From contig CM075990.1 of NCBI GenBank assembly GCA_038087875.1, positions 2,482,001 through 2,546,000 on the forward strand: a DNA stretch of 64,000 bases. The letters run 5' to 3'. The notes beneath the pieces are model-generated. The model did not search any database. It was not told where the DNA came from and saw nothing but the letters and a program-made list of their open reading frames with translations. Positions 10,135 through 21,377 of this stretch are shown here, in pieces. Source of the stretch: Malacoraja senta (Eukaryota). Every line of letters starts with the position of its first letter. Positions within the stretch are counted from its first letter, which is position 1. The translations under genes and the position numbers were made by a program.

Positions 10135-11111
10135 TTATTGAATAGAACTTAAACTTGAGTTGGCAAACGAACCCGGCCTGGCAATCAGATTATTATAAAA
10201 GGTTTGGAAAGTCCGCTCATTTGACCATCCTACTATCGCTAGGGTGCGGTCCATCAGAACCTCCATGAACCTTGCTGCTGATGTTATCGCAGCCCTGGTG
10301 GAGTGAGATTTAAAAACATCAGTGTTCACTCCTGCACAAGCCAATACAAATCTCAACCATCTGGAGATGGTCTGCACTGAAACCCTCTTGTGTGTGTTTT
10401 TTGTGGCTAACGAACATTGCCAGCTCAGTGCCTCTAAGGTTCTTTGTAGCCTCAAAATGTTGATGAATATGTGTGACAACACACAATCTATGGTCCATAG
10501 GATATGCCAGAATTCCAGCTTTAGACCCAATGTCCCCGGTCTGCTTAGTTTAATAACTAATTTACATAGAACGTTATTTGTTGGTAGATATAACCATTCT
10601 GTTCAGCCGTAGCTTATGCAATGACTGGGCGCGTTGCGCCGAACCAGCGCCATGAGCATAACTACCTTATGAGAGCCCAGCCAAGGATAAGGATGTAGCT
10701 GGAGCCCACCGGCGAAGTAGTGCCAACACAATGTTAATATCGCATACTTCCGTGTACCTGGGCCTGGGAGAATTTGTGTTAAAGATATCCTTCATAAATC
10801 TGGATACCAGAGGGTGAGACCCGACAGAGTGGGTCCCGATCCCTGCAGCAAATATGATGAGAAGGCACGTTTGGCACAGTTAATGGCACTATAACTTAAT
10901 TTTTGTCAAAGACCCATTTGAAAATGAACTCCAACACGTCAGTTATCCGTGCCGTATTATATGTTATATTAGCATTTAAACTAAATACTTCCCAGCTGCT
11001 GATGAGGAAATGTATTGCTTTTTTGGTGCTATCCCTGCAAGCTGCAGTGAGCATGTCCATGGTTCGGTTTGACAACCCGAGCCCCAGGAACGATCTTCTC
11101 AGAGTCTGCAA
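10135..11111 (-). pseudogene. DIRS-A tyrosine recombinase (disrupted)
   Basis: ORFs 10896..11111 and 10135..10530: TISRWLRFVL..AGV.T..FKSHSTRAA...GWSNERTFQTFYN. Confidence 0.9.
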
Positions 11112-11119
11112 GTCAATAA

Positions 11120-13000
11120 ATTGATTCTATCATGCAGAGGATGGCTTCCCTAGTCATGGGATGAACCAGCAATTTTTGTGTTTAGAAATAACCACATAAG
11201 GTTCTATTATCATTCCCAACATCAACGGGAACCATGGCTGCATAGGCCAGTCATGCACTACGAAAATGCCTGAAGTGGAATCTTGCTGGATTTTTTGCAA
11301 GACCCGACTGATGAGGCAAAATGGAGGAAAGGCATAAAAGAACATTCCTCCCCAGTGTAGCAAGAATGCATCTATCGCCACTGCCCCTGGGTCTGGCTGC
11401 CATGCCACATATTTTTGCAACTGGTGATTGAGCCTAGATGCAAACAATTCGATATTCGGTGTTCCATATCGAGCCACAATGTCATTAAATAATTTGTGAT
11501 CCAACATCCATTCTGATTATCATTGATTTTACGTGATGATACACCAGCGCCAAATGAGGTTGGGTAAACTATCACAGGATACTGACGATTCCACCCATGT
11601 GATTAATATATGCCACCACCGTAGTGTATCAACTTGTAGTTGAGCATGCAGATTATGCATATTCGCACAATAAGCCTTTAACCCATAGAATGCCCCTAGT
11701 GTCTCTAGGTAGTTGATACCATATAACTGAAGAATTGGTAACTCATGCACATCCCATCCGCCTCCGTAACCAGAGATGGTATAGTAATTTTCCATCTTTG
11801 AGCACTAGCATCAGTTTGTAATATAACTGAAGGTTTACTGACAAAAAAGTTATTGGAGCAATGCTGAATACTGTTCGTCCACCATTGTGACTTTGATAGC
11901 TTCAGCTGGTAATAGCATAGGTCTGTTAACAATGACCTACATGATACTTGAGAGCTTGCTCCTTTGCACGTTGTAAGTTCTGATAATGCAAAGGCCCAAA
12001 TTGCGCAGCTGAAAAAACAGCCACTATATTGCCAATTACACTGGCTACTTGACGAATAGAAGGCTGCTTCATAACAACAAGGTTGTTACAGGCTTCTATT
12101 AATTCTAATATCCTGCCCCAGGGCGGAGTCACAGGCAAATTAATAGAGTTAAAGGTAAATCCCAATAATCAATAACTCTAGTTGGTATCAACTTAAATTT
12201 AACTGGATGGATGAGAAACCCCGATTTCTCAAATATTACTTTTGCGGCTGAAACAGCTAACTTAGCAAAATACAGCGTTTTAGAATATCATCCAGGTAGG
12301 CCATGACAATGTGTTTTTGAGCTCTGAGCAGCCCAAGCACCGGCTTTAGTAATTTGGTAAATAACCTGGGAGCTGAAGTTAGCCCATTTTGCAACGCTTT
12401 AAACTGCTATCGTTGCCCCATCCAGCTAAATTTCAAATATCTCCGGTGATCCCTGTGAATGGGAACTGAATAGTATGCATCTTTGAGATCAATGCATGCC
12501 ATAAAGCATCCTATGGAAATCAGTTGTTAGACAGTAACGAAGTTTTCCATTTTAAAATGTCTATACTGCACATGTGAGTTAAATCAAGGATGATCTGACA
12601 TCCTCCATCTTTCTTTTTTGGAGGCGCAGGGCGCCATCGCCGAAACGGTGAAGCTTTGCTTGTCGTGGGTGCTTTAATTAACCCGACAGCTTTTGCTTCC
12701 TCATCCAGATCTTTAATTGTTTGGATATCTGCTTGTATACCCAAACCTTTTTGTTTGGAATGAATAAATATCAAACTTGGTGTATATTGTATGGGTGGCA
12801 ATGAGTTAAAGGAAAATTCAATTTGGAACCCTTGTATACTGTGCAGTATAAACTGATCCGATGTTATCTTTTCAGTTTATAAACGGATCTGATGTTATCC
12901 GTCGTCATGCAAAAAACAAGTGTAATCTATTACCAACTTGTAACTGGTTCACACACCCCATGTTTCGGAAAGAACCAGACCCACCTACCGCCATGGTTAC
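11120..13000 (-). pseudogene. DIRS-A pol (RT, RNase H, Dam-like methyltransferase), disrupted
   Basis: Fragments homologous to DIRS-B pol: VGGSG, KKDGG, GPLHYQNLQ, LQTDAS, INYLE, LFASRLN, YAFPPF, DWP.QPWFP. Confidence 0.9.
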
Positions 13001-13212
13001 TGGTGGTCTTATGGTAAGCCCAAAGGCCCCTGATGCGGGTTCTATTTCCGTCCTCGAGATTTGGAGGGTAGGACTGCTGGGGTGCGTGGATTGCACATTT
13101 TCCCTGAGGGCCGGCTTGGGCCTTAGCCTAAAAGACCACTGCCCAGAGAATCAGCTTTCGAGCTGCCACCAGCTTCAGTGAACCGCTTACTGCCGATGGA
13201 GGCGTCGGGGTG

Positions 13213-13734
13213 TTATCGCCGAAACGGTGAAGCTTTGCTCGTCGTTGGTAGCTTGATTAGTCCGACAGCTTTTGCTTCCTCATCCAGGTCTTTTACCTGT
13301 TTGGATAGGTCTTCCCCGAAGAGAAGATTCGGCGGCTGGACATTGCTGGCCTTACATAAGCCTGCAAATTTGGGATTTAAGGCAGGTCTGATGGCATTCT
13401 TCTGAAAGCAGTTCATTTCGAAGTGTGCATTGCACATCAACGCAAGGGCATCCTGCCGATAAGGGCCCGCCATCCACAGATCTGGCAAATGCCGTGATGC
13501 CTGAGGCCAGTAATTTTGAACATTTTTTTTAGATTTGTTTCCTGGGTTTTTGACGCCCCTTCCAATGTCTCCCCAGATAGCGCTGTTCACTGCCGGCACT
13601 TTCAGGATTGCACATTTACAGGCGTATGGTATTTTACAGCCGTCACCTGTTCTTGTAATGATGTGACTTGAGGAAGTTGATGCTGGGAGGCAACTTTTCT
13701 TGCAGTGGCTCCTTAGTTTGCGAGGGTATCGCAA
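13213..13734 (-). pseudogene. DIRS-A gag C-terminal part (disrupted)
   Basis: QDALALMCN..FE.N...IRPALNPKFAGLC...LLFGEDL aligns with DIRS-B gag. Confidence 0.85.
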
Positions 13735-14529
13735 GCCTTTGATGCCATGGCAGACAATTCTTGAACCTCACGCATGTATTCCAATATGTTCCACGGACAT
13801 ACTTCCGAGTTCGGAGTCAGTCATACACTGACCCCGGCACTCCCCTCCACAGAGAGGGAGATTTGTAAGCAGCCCTGAAACAGGCGCTGCCACAGGCCCC
13901 CAAGGAGACCTGTGCTGATATGGCACCGTTTTACGGAGCATATCATGATGGAGCATCCTCTGTGGGATGAACGCCCGAGGACGCTATCCATGCTCTATCT
14001 GGGATAAACGCCCGAGGACGTACCCATGTTTGTCGGAGGGGAACCCTCCTGGCCTGACTTGTCCAAGTCCAAGCCTCTCAGACTCCGTTTGGCTGTACAC
14101 CCTTTCGGGTTGCCGAAGTCTGAAGTCGCTGACCGCATTGTCAGCGACTCGTGTAGTGAACCTGACGACCGCCGGCTAACCGCACTCCCGCGGTCCTCTG
14201 TAGCCAGTTTCCCCGCGGCTCGTCTGGATTTCGCCCCGGATTTCCATATCCAGCAGGAAACTCTGTAAAAATATAACCTGAAAATACGTTCAAAAACCTC
14301 CCTGCAGGGTTTGAAACTTACCGCTGGAGGAGCGACGCGCCTCCCAGCCAGTCGTGCGCAATGCGTTAGACGTATTGACGCGCATGCGGGCTGGCGGGCT
14401 TCTTCACGAAGTCACTCACGTGACTCCTGAGTAAAATTGCCTAACTGCACGTGTTTGGGATGTGGGAGGAATCAAATGAAATCGGGGAAGCTCAGGTTGT
14501 CACAGAAAAAATGTGTACACTCCACACAC

Positions 14530-15060
14530 CAGAGTCATAGAGTCATAGAATCGCACAGCATGGAAACAGGCCCTTTGGCCCAACTTGGCCATTCAAGCCC
14601 ACATATCCTATCTACACTAGTGCCACCTGCCTGCGTTTGGCCCATATCCTTCTCAACCTATCCTGCCCATGTACTTTGTCTAAATATATCTTGAACATTG
14701 TGATAGTCCCAGCCTCAACCACATCCTCTGGCAGCTTGTTCCATACACTCACCACCCTTTGTGTAAAAAAGTTATCCTCAGATTCCTTTTCCCCTTCGCC
14801 TTAAACCTATGTCCTCTGCTCCTCAGTTCCACGACCCTGGGCAAGACTCTGTGCGTTTACCCGATCTATTCCTCTCATGATTTTGCACGCATCCTCCTGC
14901 GCTCCAAGGAATAGAATCCCAGCCTGCTCAACCTCTCCCACAGATGTTGCTCAGGCCCACAAGTCATGGCAACATCCTGGTAAATCTCTGCACCCTTTGC
15001 GGCTTAACAACCTCTTTCCTCTAACATGGTGCCCAGAACTGAACGCAATACTCTACAAGT
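14530..15060 (-). mobile_element. CR1 3' fragment
   Basis: Same subfamily as 5285-5755; AGAGTCATAGAGTCATAG tail on plus strand. Confidence 0.75.
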
Positions 15061-15070
15061 GCCCTCTCCA

Positions 15071-15198
15071 AGAGTTCAAGAGTTCAAGAGTTTTATTGTC
15101 ATGTGTCCCTGATAGGACAATGAAATTCTTGCCTTGCTTTAGCACACCAGAACATAGTAGGCATGAATACAAAACAGATCAGTGTGTCCATATACCAT
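15071..15198 (-). mobile_element. Rex1/Babar-like 3' end; continues at 20896-21112
   Basis: Tail AGAGTTCAAGAGTTCAAGAG; same UTR in the opposite orientation at 34150-34303, where the two halves are contiguous. Confidence 0.75.
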
Positions 15199-16085
15199 TG
15201 GAGGAGGAGCCATCTTGGAGGTACGGCTGCTAACCAGCAGCCGTCCGTTAAATTCACTTTTTTTTTAGTTTTTAGCTTTTTTATTTCTTTGTCTGTTTGG
15301 GGAATTTTGACTTTTAATGTGGGGGGGTAAGGGGGAAACTATTTCTAGGTCCCTACCTGGTCGGTGAGGCAGCTTTTTCTCCAGGCTGCCCCGTCGACCC
15401 GTCCTCGTGGCCTACCAGCGGGCATGGAGCGGCGTTTTCCTGGCGGGGACCGCCCAGCACCTTCAGCTTCGGTGGCGGCACAGCGCTGGAGCGCCATCGC
15501 AGAGCGTAGCGGGCGATGCCTTGCCTGGGTCGCCGCGCTGGATCAACGCGCGGGAGCTCCGGTATGCAGTGACCGCCGAGCTCAACACCTCCGGGCTGCG
15601 GGTCTGCTGAGCGACCAGCCGCGGGCGGCGGCACCGACTTTAACATCGGGAGCCTCGTGGCTCCAAATCGGCGCGGCCCTGTCGGCTTCAGGTGCCATCG
15701 ACTCCGCTGGGAAACCGGCCGTTCCAGCCGCTGCGAGGACTCTCCCGATGGCCGGGAACATCGGGCCTCCGTAGAGGCAATAGCGGAGGCCTCATTGGGC
15801 CTGACTTTTGGGTGAACTGGGTTGGGGACTGGACATTGTGCCTTCCCCCACAGTGGTGGTCATTGTGGGGGGATGATTTTTGTGTGCTGTGTCTGTTGGT
15901 CTTTGTTCAAGATGGCGGTCGGAGGGAAGAGTGGACGCTAGCGCGGTTTGGCTGCCACTGCTCTCTCCTCAAATTGTGTTTCTTATTTTCTTTTTGTGCT
16001 TTTGTAATTGAATTCTGTCCTTGATTTGTGTATTGTGGTGTTTTTATATTTAATTTACTCTGATTATGTGTTTTGTATTTTTGTG
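15199..16085 (+). mobile_element. GC-rich non-autonomous retroelement, 5' part (3' tail at 20824-20895); host of DIRS-B
   Basis: Starts GGAGGAGGAGCCATCTTGG; T-rich then G-rich module; tail after DIRS-B is AAAGGCGCCAGCAAATAAAATG(ATT)n, L2-like. Confidence 0.6.
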
Positions 16086-16428
16086 ATTTTACTTCGGAGT
16101 CACGTGAGTGACTACGTGAAGAACCCGCTCAGTGCGCAGGCGCGGCATTACGCCAGCAGTGCAACAGCGGCGGCAGCTGGAGGAAGGCTCTCCGGCTGCA
16201 TTTTAAAAAACGGATCGTTGGGTGAGTATATTGAACTAGTCTAACGGAGAAAGAGAGTGTGGGTGTTCTTAGAAAATAAGTACACTGAAGAGAAGACTCT
16301 CCAAAAGAACTGCCCCCAGCTCAACTCCACCAGCGGAGCGTTTAATCTCAGGGGGGCAGCAACAGGCGGCAGGACCGCACATAGAGCGCTCCGCTATCCC
16401 CGAGACCGAGCCAAGCCCAGTCCCGCTA

Positions 16429-17526
16429 ATGCCTGCACAGCGGACAGGGAGGAAAGCCATGAGCAAAAGCAACCGGCCGGTAATTTCTGATTCGTCGGAT
16501 GGGGACATGTCTCCACCTAAACGGAGGAGAGACAGCCGCCAGAGCTTACAACAGCTCTTGGAGCAGATGCTCCAGCGAGATACGCAGAAAGAGCGTTCTC
16601 GTGGAGGTAGGTCAGGCACCTCCTCCACAGTGTCTTGTGCACTGCCCTCTGCTCCCTCATTACTGGAGGCTAGCATGGGTGACCAGGGTTGGGCTGGTCT
16701 GGAACAGGGGCTGGCGGAAGAATTCGGCAGTATGCAAGGGGTGCAGGAGCAGGAAGAGCTGCTGGGTGTCGTGGACCGCTATGTAGCAACCCCACGTGCT
16801 GGAAGACCGCTGGAACCAAAAATGGCGGCCAGCATCAATCATCTGTCAAATAAGCCCTTGCAGGAGAAGGTACTTCTTGAGGCGCTTGAACTTTACACAG
16901 CACCAGAGAACTGTGAGGCCCTCAGAGTGAAGACTGTGAACAGCCAGATCTGGGGGCACGTGGGGTCAAACATGCGTAACCATGAAATCAAGCTACAGTG
17001 GATCCTAAGGCTCCTGACGTCGGCCATTACAGCCTTTGCTCGTTCTGTGGAAAGTACGGAGATGGATACGTGCCAGCAGGATGTGCTGGCACTGATGTGC
17101 AACACACAATTTGAGATCAACAATCTCCGGCGGGAAAACATAAGACCAGCCCTCAATCCCAAATTTGCTGGGTTGTGCAGAGCCCCAGCTGCAGAGACGG
17201 ACGCTCTGTTATTTGGGAAAGACCTCAACAAAAAACTGAGGGACATGGAGGAAGCAGCGAAATCTTTCGGCCTCATGAGGGCAGGCCCTGGGACGAGCAA
17301 ACCAAGAGCTACAATACCCAAGCGGCAGCACCCCATGGCATCCACCAGTCAACGTCCTCAATATGGGACTGGTGAAAGCTCGGGGACCGCATTTTATCCC
17401 CAAAGATCTTTTTTAGATCAGGGCCCACAGCGGACCCCATGGAAAATGCGCCACCCCCCAACATCGCCAGCACGTCAAACAAGCAAAGCCTACAAAAACA
17501 TCAGGAAACAAAAGAAACACCAATGA
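16429..17526 (+). CDS. DIRS-B gag-like ORF1 (365 aa, uninterrupted)
   Basis: Position upstream of pol; YTAPENC..L.V..VN..IW and LLFGKDL motifs; homologous to DIRS-A gag. Confidence 0.8.
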   Translation: MPAQRTGRKAMSKSNRPVISDSSDGDMSPPKRRRDSRQSLQQLLEQMLQRDTQKERSRGGRSGTSSTVSCALPSAPSLLEASMGDQGWAGLEQGLAEEFGSMQGVQEQEELLGVVDRYVATPRAGRPLEPKMAASINHLSNKPLQEKVLLEALELYTAPENCEALRVKTVNSQIWGHVGSNMRNHEIKLQWILRLLTSAITAFARSVESTEMDTCQQDVLALMCNTQFEINNLRRENIRPALNPKFAGLCRAPAAETDALLFGKDLNKKLRDMEEAAKSFGLMRAGPGTSKPRATIPKRQHPMASTSQRPQYGTGESSGTAFYPQRSFLDQGPQRTPWKMRHPPTSPARQTSKAYKNIRKQKKHQ

Positions 17527-19347
17527 ACATGGAGGTAGGTGGGTCTGGTTCCTGCCAGCATATAGAGAATAAGGGTGCTTTACTAACAGAGGGGAGATTA
17601 CACTGGTTTAAAGAAGCATGGGTTACTGTCACATGTGACAAGTATATACTCAACAGCATTAGTGGAGAGGTCATCCAAAAGACCAAACATGAACCTTTGG
17701 AATTTGTATCAAATATATTCACTAAAACCAAAAAAGATGGTGGATGTCGCATCATCATTGACTTAACATCACTAAATAAGTTTGTTGAGTATATACATTT
17801 CAAAATGGAGACATTTGTTACTGGCAAACAACTGATTTCCAAAGGATACTTCATGGCAAGCATTGATCTTAAAGATGCTTACTATCTAATACCCATACAC
17901 AAGGATCATTGCAGATACCTAAAATGTATCTGGTTGGGGCAGCTGAAGCAGTACAAAGCATTGCCCAATGGGCTAACTTCAGCCCCAAGATTATTCATCA
18001 AAATATTGAAAATAGCCATGGCAAGACTAAGAAACAAAAACATATTGTCATGGCATACCTGGATGATATTCAGATAGTAGGGAAAACGATGGAATTGGCG
18101 GTGGCAGCAGTATCAGCTACAAAACAGCTCCTCGAAACTCTGGGGTTCGTCCTACATCCAGATAAATCTAAGTTGAAGCCATCCACTATCATGGACTACC
18201 TGGGCTTCACAATTAACTCAGGCCATATGACTGTTACCTTGCCAAAAGGAAAAAATAAAAAAATGGTTGCATTAGCACAATCATGCAACTATTTAATGGT
18301 CAACAAACGACCAACTATTCGACAAGTCCCAAGAATGATTGGGAAAATGGTAGCAGCATTTCCAGCTACACAATGCGGACCTTTGCACTATCAAAATTTA
18401 CAAACAGCAAAGGTACAGGCACTAAAATGACATACAGGTCACTATGATCGTGTCATGTAATTACCCACTGAAGCAATATCAGCTACAGTGGTGGGCAGAA
18501 AATGTTTGGCATAGTTTCCGCTCTATCATCATCACTAACCTTACTTTAGTTCTTCAAACAGATGCCAGTGTTCAAGGCTGGGGAGCAACTAACTCCATAT
18601 CCAGCACAGGTGGTAGATGGACTAACCTAGAGTCATCATTACTACTGACACTGGGCATTAACTATCTAGAGATGTTGGGCGCCTTTTATGGGTTAAAAGC
18701 ATATGTATCTAATATGCAGCACTTGCATGTTCGGTTACAGATTGATAATACTACGGTGGTGGCTTATATTAACCATATGGGCGGCATAAAATCATTATCA
18801 TGCGACAAATTTGGTCAACGTGATTTGGCTATTGTGTGTCGAAAGACATATTTGGCTATCAGCTACTTATCTACCAGGTAAGCTAAACACAGTGGCAGAC
18901 ACCAGGTCACGCAAATTCAATGATAACATCGAATGGATGTTAAACCCTAAAGTATTTGCTAAAGTTATTAAGCAGTATGGAACGCCAGATATCGATGTAT
19001 TTGCATCAAGACGAAATCACCAGTTACCTATGTATGTCGCTTGGGAACCAGACCCAGAGGCAGCAGCGATACATGCCATCACGCTGGATTGGGGAAATGT
19101 CTTCTTCTATGCTTTCCCTCCCTTCTGCCTCATCAGTCGGGTACTTCGCAAAATACAGATGGACTCTGCTTCTGGAATTTTGATGGTGCCCGACTGGCCT
19201 ACACAGCCATGGTTCCCGGTTCTACATGACATGGTGGTTGAGTCACCAAGGGTCTTTCCCAGTGATCCAGGATTATTAACTCACCCAGTATCAGGCATAA
19301 GCCACCCATGCCATGAGAAAATTAAACTCCTGGGTTGCAGGGTTTGA
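17523..19347 (+). pseudogene. DIRS-B pol: RT, RNase H and Dam-like adenine methyltransferase domain; frameshifted
   Basis: KKDGG.R.IIDL, SIDLKDAY, LPNGLTSAP, AYLDD (RT); LQTDAS, INYLE, IDNTT (RNase H); IDVFAS...YAFPPF (methyltransferase); split over four ORFs; ATG overlaps the gag stop (ATGA). Confidence 0.92.
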
Positions 19348-20320
19348 ATAGACCTTACCTGGAACTGGGATTGTCCGAACGAACCATCACCACCATGTCG
19401 GCATCCCTTCGAACATCCACCAAGAGGCAGTACTTAATCAGCATAAGAAAATGGGAGAAGTACTGCCAGGAAACAGGGACAACGTATGCAACAGCCACAG
19501 CCACCAACGTACTGGAATTCCTGGCCCATCTACACCACGATGAAGGGATCAGTTGCAGTGCCATCAACACAGCGCGAAGTGCTCTTTCTGCTTATCTCAA
19601 ACCAGCAGGACAACAGGCAATGGGATCCCATCCACTGGTGGTAAAACTGATGAAGGGCATTTATGATATCAAGCCCCTAAACCCAGGTATACCCATATTT
19701 GGGATATCAGTGTGGTCCTGACATACCTCAGGGAATGGCCACCAGCCAGATCCCTCAGCCTCGAGCAATCTACACTAAAGACGCTCATGTTGATGGCACT
19801 CGTATCCGCTCAGAGGGTCCAGTCACTACACAAGTTAAGGCTGGACAACATGGTGACCACCCCAGATCAGATCACATTCATCATACAGGGTCTGGTGAAG
19901 CAAAGAAGGCCAGGAACAGCTAATCCACTGGTGGTATTCCGGGCCTACCCACCAGAGCCACGGTTGTGTGTCATGACCCATCTACAACATTACATAGACA
20001 CAACCCACAATATCAGAGGGAGTGAAAAAGCCTTATGGGTCAGCCACAAGAAACCTCATGGCCGGGTAACGAGCCAAACCATTTCAAGATGGCTCAAACA
20101 GGTACTGAAGGCTGCCGGAATAGATACTAATACATTTAAATCTCATTCCACTAGGGCAGCATCTACATCAACGGCCGACAGAATGGACGTACCGGTTGAC
20201 CATATTCTGAATACAGCAGGATGGTCGAGGGAAACGACATTCAGAACTTTTTATAATAAGCCGTTGATGAAACCTGATTTATTTGCAGAGAAAGTCTTAC
20301 GCTGCAAATATTTAATTTAA
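19335..20320 (+). pseudogene. DIRS-B tyrosine recombinase (one frameshift near 19680-19712)
   Basis: SAQR, HSTR, GWS and FY residues fit the YR catalytic set R...HxxR...W...Y. Confidence 0.92.
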
Positions 20321-20481
20321 GCCCGGGGGAGCTATTTAATTTTGTTATTGTTAATAAATACCTTTTTTGTTTCTTGAGAAACAGATTCATTGGTTGATTA
20401 CGATAACACTTCCTCCCTCAAGAACTTCGGCAGTGAGTGAAATAAAACTGTTACACGGTTTGAAATCACAGAGCTTTGAAA

Positions 20482-20594
20482 TCTTCACGTAGTCACTCAC
20501 GTGACTCCGAAGTAAAATAGTAAGATTAAACGAGAACTTACCAGTTTGAAGTTTGATCTGTATTTTATGAGGAGTTACGATGAGGGATTACGTG
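20482..20594 (+). repeat. ICR of DIRS-B
   Basis: Reverse complement of the left terminus (16086-16122) fused to the reverse complement of the right terminus (20743-20823). Confidence 0.97.
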
Positions 20595-20895
20595 CCCTCC
20601 GCTCCCACCCTCATTATATGGATCAAACTAATAAATTGATGTCTCCTTTTCTTTACTATGTTTACTTCAAATACCTGTGTCTATCTGTGATTCCACACCG
20701 CTGCTTGGAAGTATGCCGCGCCTGCGCACTGAGCGGGTTCTTCACGTAATCCCTCATCGTAACTCCTCATAAAATACAGATCAAACTTCAAACTGGTAAG
20801 TTCTCGTTTAATCTTACTATTTTATGCCTTGTAAGGTGTCCTTGGGTGTTAGAAAGGCGCCAGCAAATAAAATGAATTATTATTATTATTATTAT

Positions 20896-21112
20896 TGCAT
20901 AAATATATACACACATGAATAATTAAACTGATAAAGTGCAAATAAACAGATTATTGGCTATTAATGTTCAGAGTTTTGTCCGAACCGAGTTTAATAGCCT
21001 GATGGCTGTGGGGAAGCAGCTGTTACTGAACCTGGTCGTTGCAGTCTTCAGGCTCCTGTACCTTCTACCTGAAGGTAGTGGGGAGATGAGTGTATGGCCC
21101 GGATGGTGTGGC
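20896..21112 (-). mobile_element. Rex1/Babar-like RT C-terminal fragment (continuation of 15071-15198)
   Basis: ORF 20968..21414(-) ends HPGHTLISPLPSGRRYRSLKTATTRFSNSCFPTAIRLLNS. Confidence 0.8.
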
Positions 21113-21377
21113 TCCAACGTCCTATATAACTGCAAAATGACCTCCCAAATTAAGGACTGAACCTGGGTCACTGGATCTGTGAGGCAGTGGTTGTACCAAC
21201 CGCACACTGGACTGACTGCTGCTATTGTGCACAGAGTTGGCAATAGGGTTAGTGTTGGTAATGAGGCTGGCATTGATACTGTGGATAGTGTTGGTTCAGG
21301 AGCGATGTGTAGAGAGGCAGAGGTGGAGGTGGAGGTGGAGGCACACCAGCTTGTGATGAAGCGTGTCCATGTACACA

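Larger units (their letters stand above)
9648..14437 (-). mobile_element. DIRS1-like tyrosine-recombinase retrotransposon A (full-length, degenerate)
   Basis: ITRs at about 14375-14408 and 9722-9756; ICR at 9872-9983; fragments of gag, RT (KKDGG..IILDL), RNase H (LQTDAS), methyltransferase (LFASRLNHQL...YAFPPF) and YR (HSTRAA...GWS); inserted into a SINE remnant at AAT. Confidence 0.95.
16086..20823 (+). mobile_element. DIRS1-like tyrosine-recombinase retrotransposon B (near-intact)
   Basis: Perfect 36-bp ITR 16113-16148/20713-20748; ICR 20482-20594; ATTTT at both junctions; gag, pol and YR ORFs. Confidence 0.97.

Noticed and set aside
15340..15800. CpG island or host promoter with short ORFs
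   Set aside because: Lies inside an inserted repeat with relatives elsewhere in the window; no supporting exon structure
18811..20320. Phage integrase plus methyltransferase as prophage, contamination or horizontal transfer
   Set aside because: Both are standard DIRS domains lying within ITR/ICR-bounded elements
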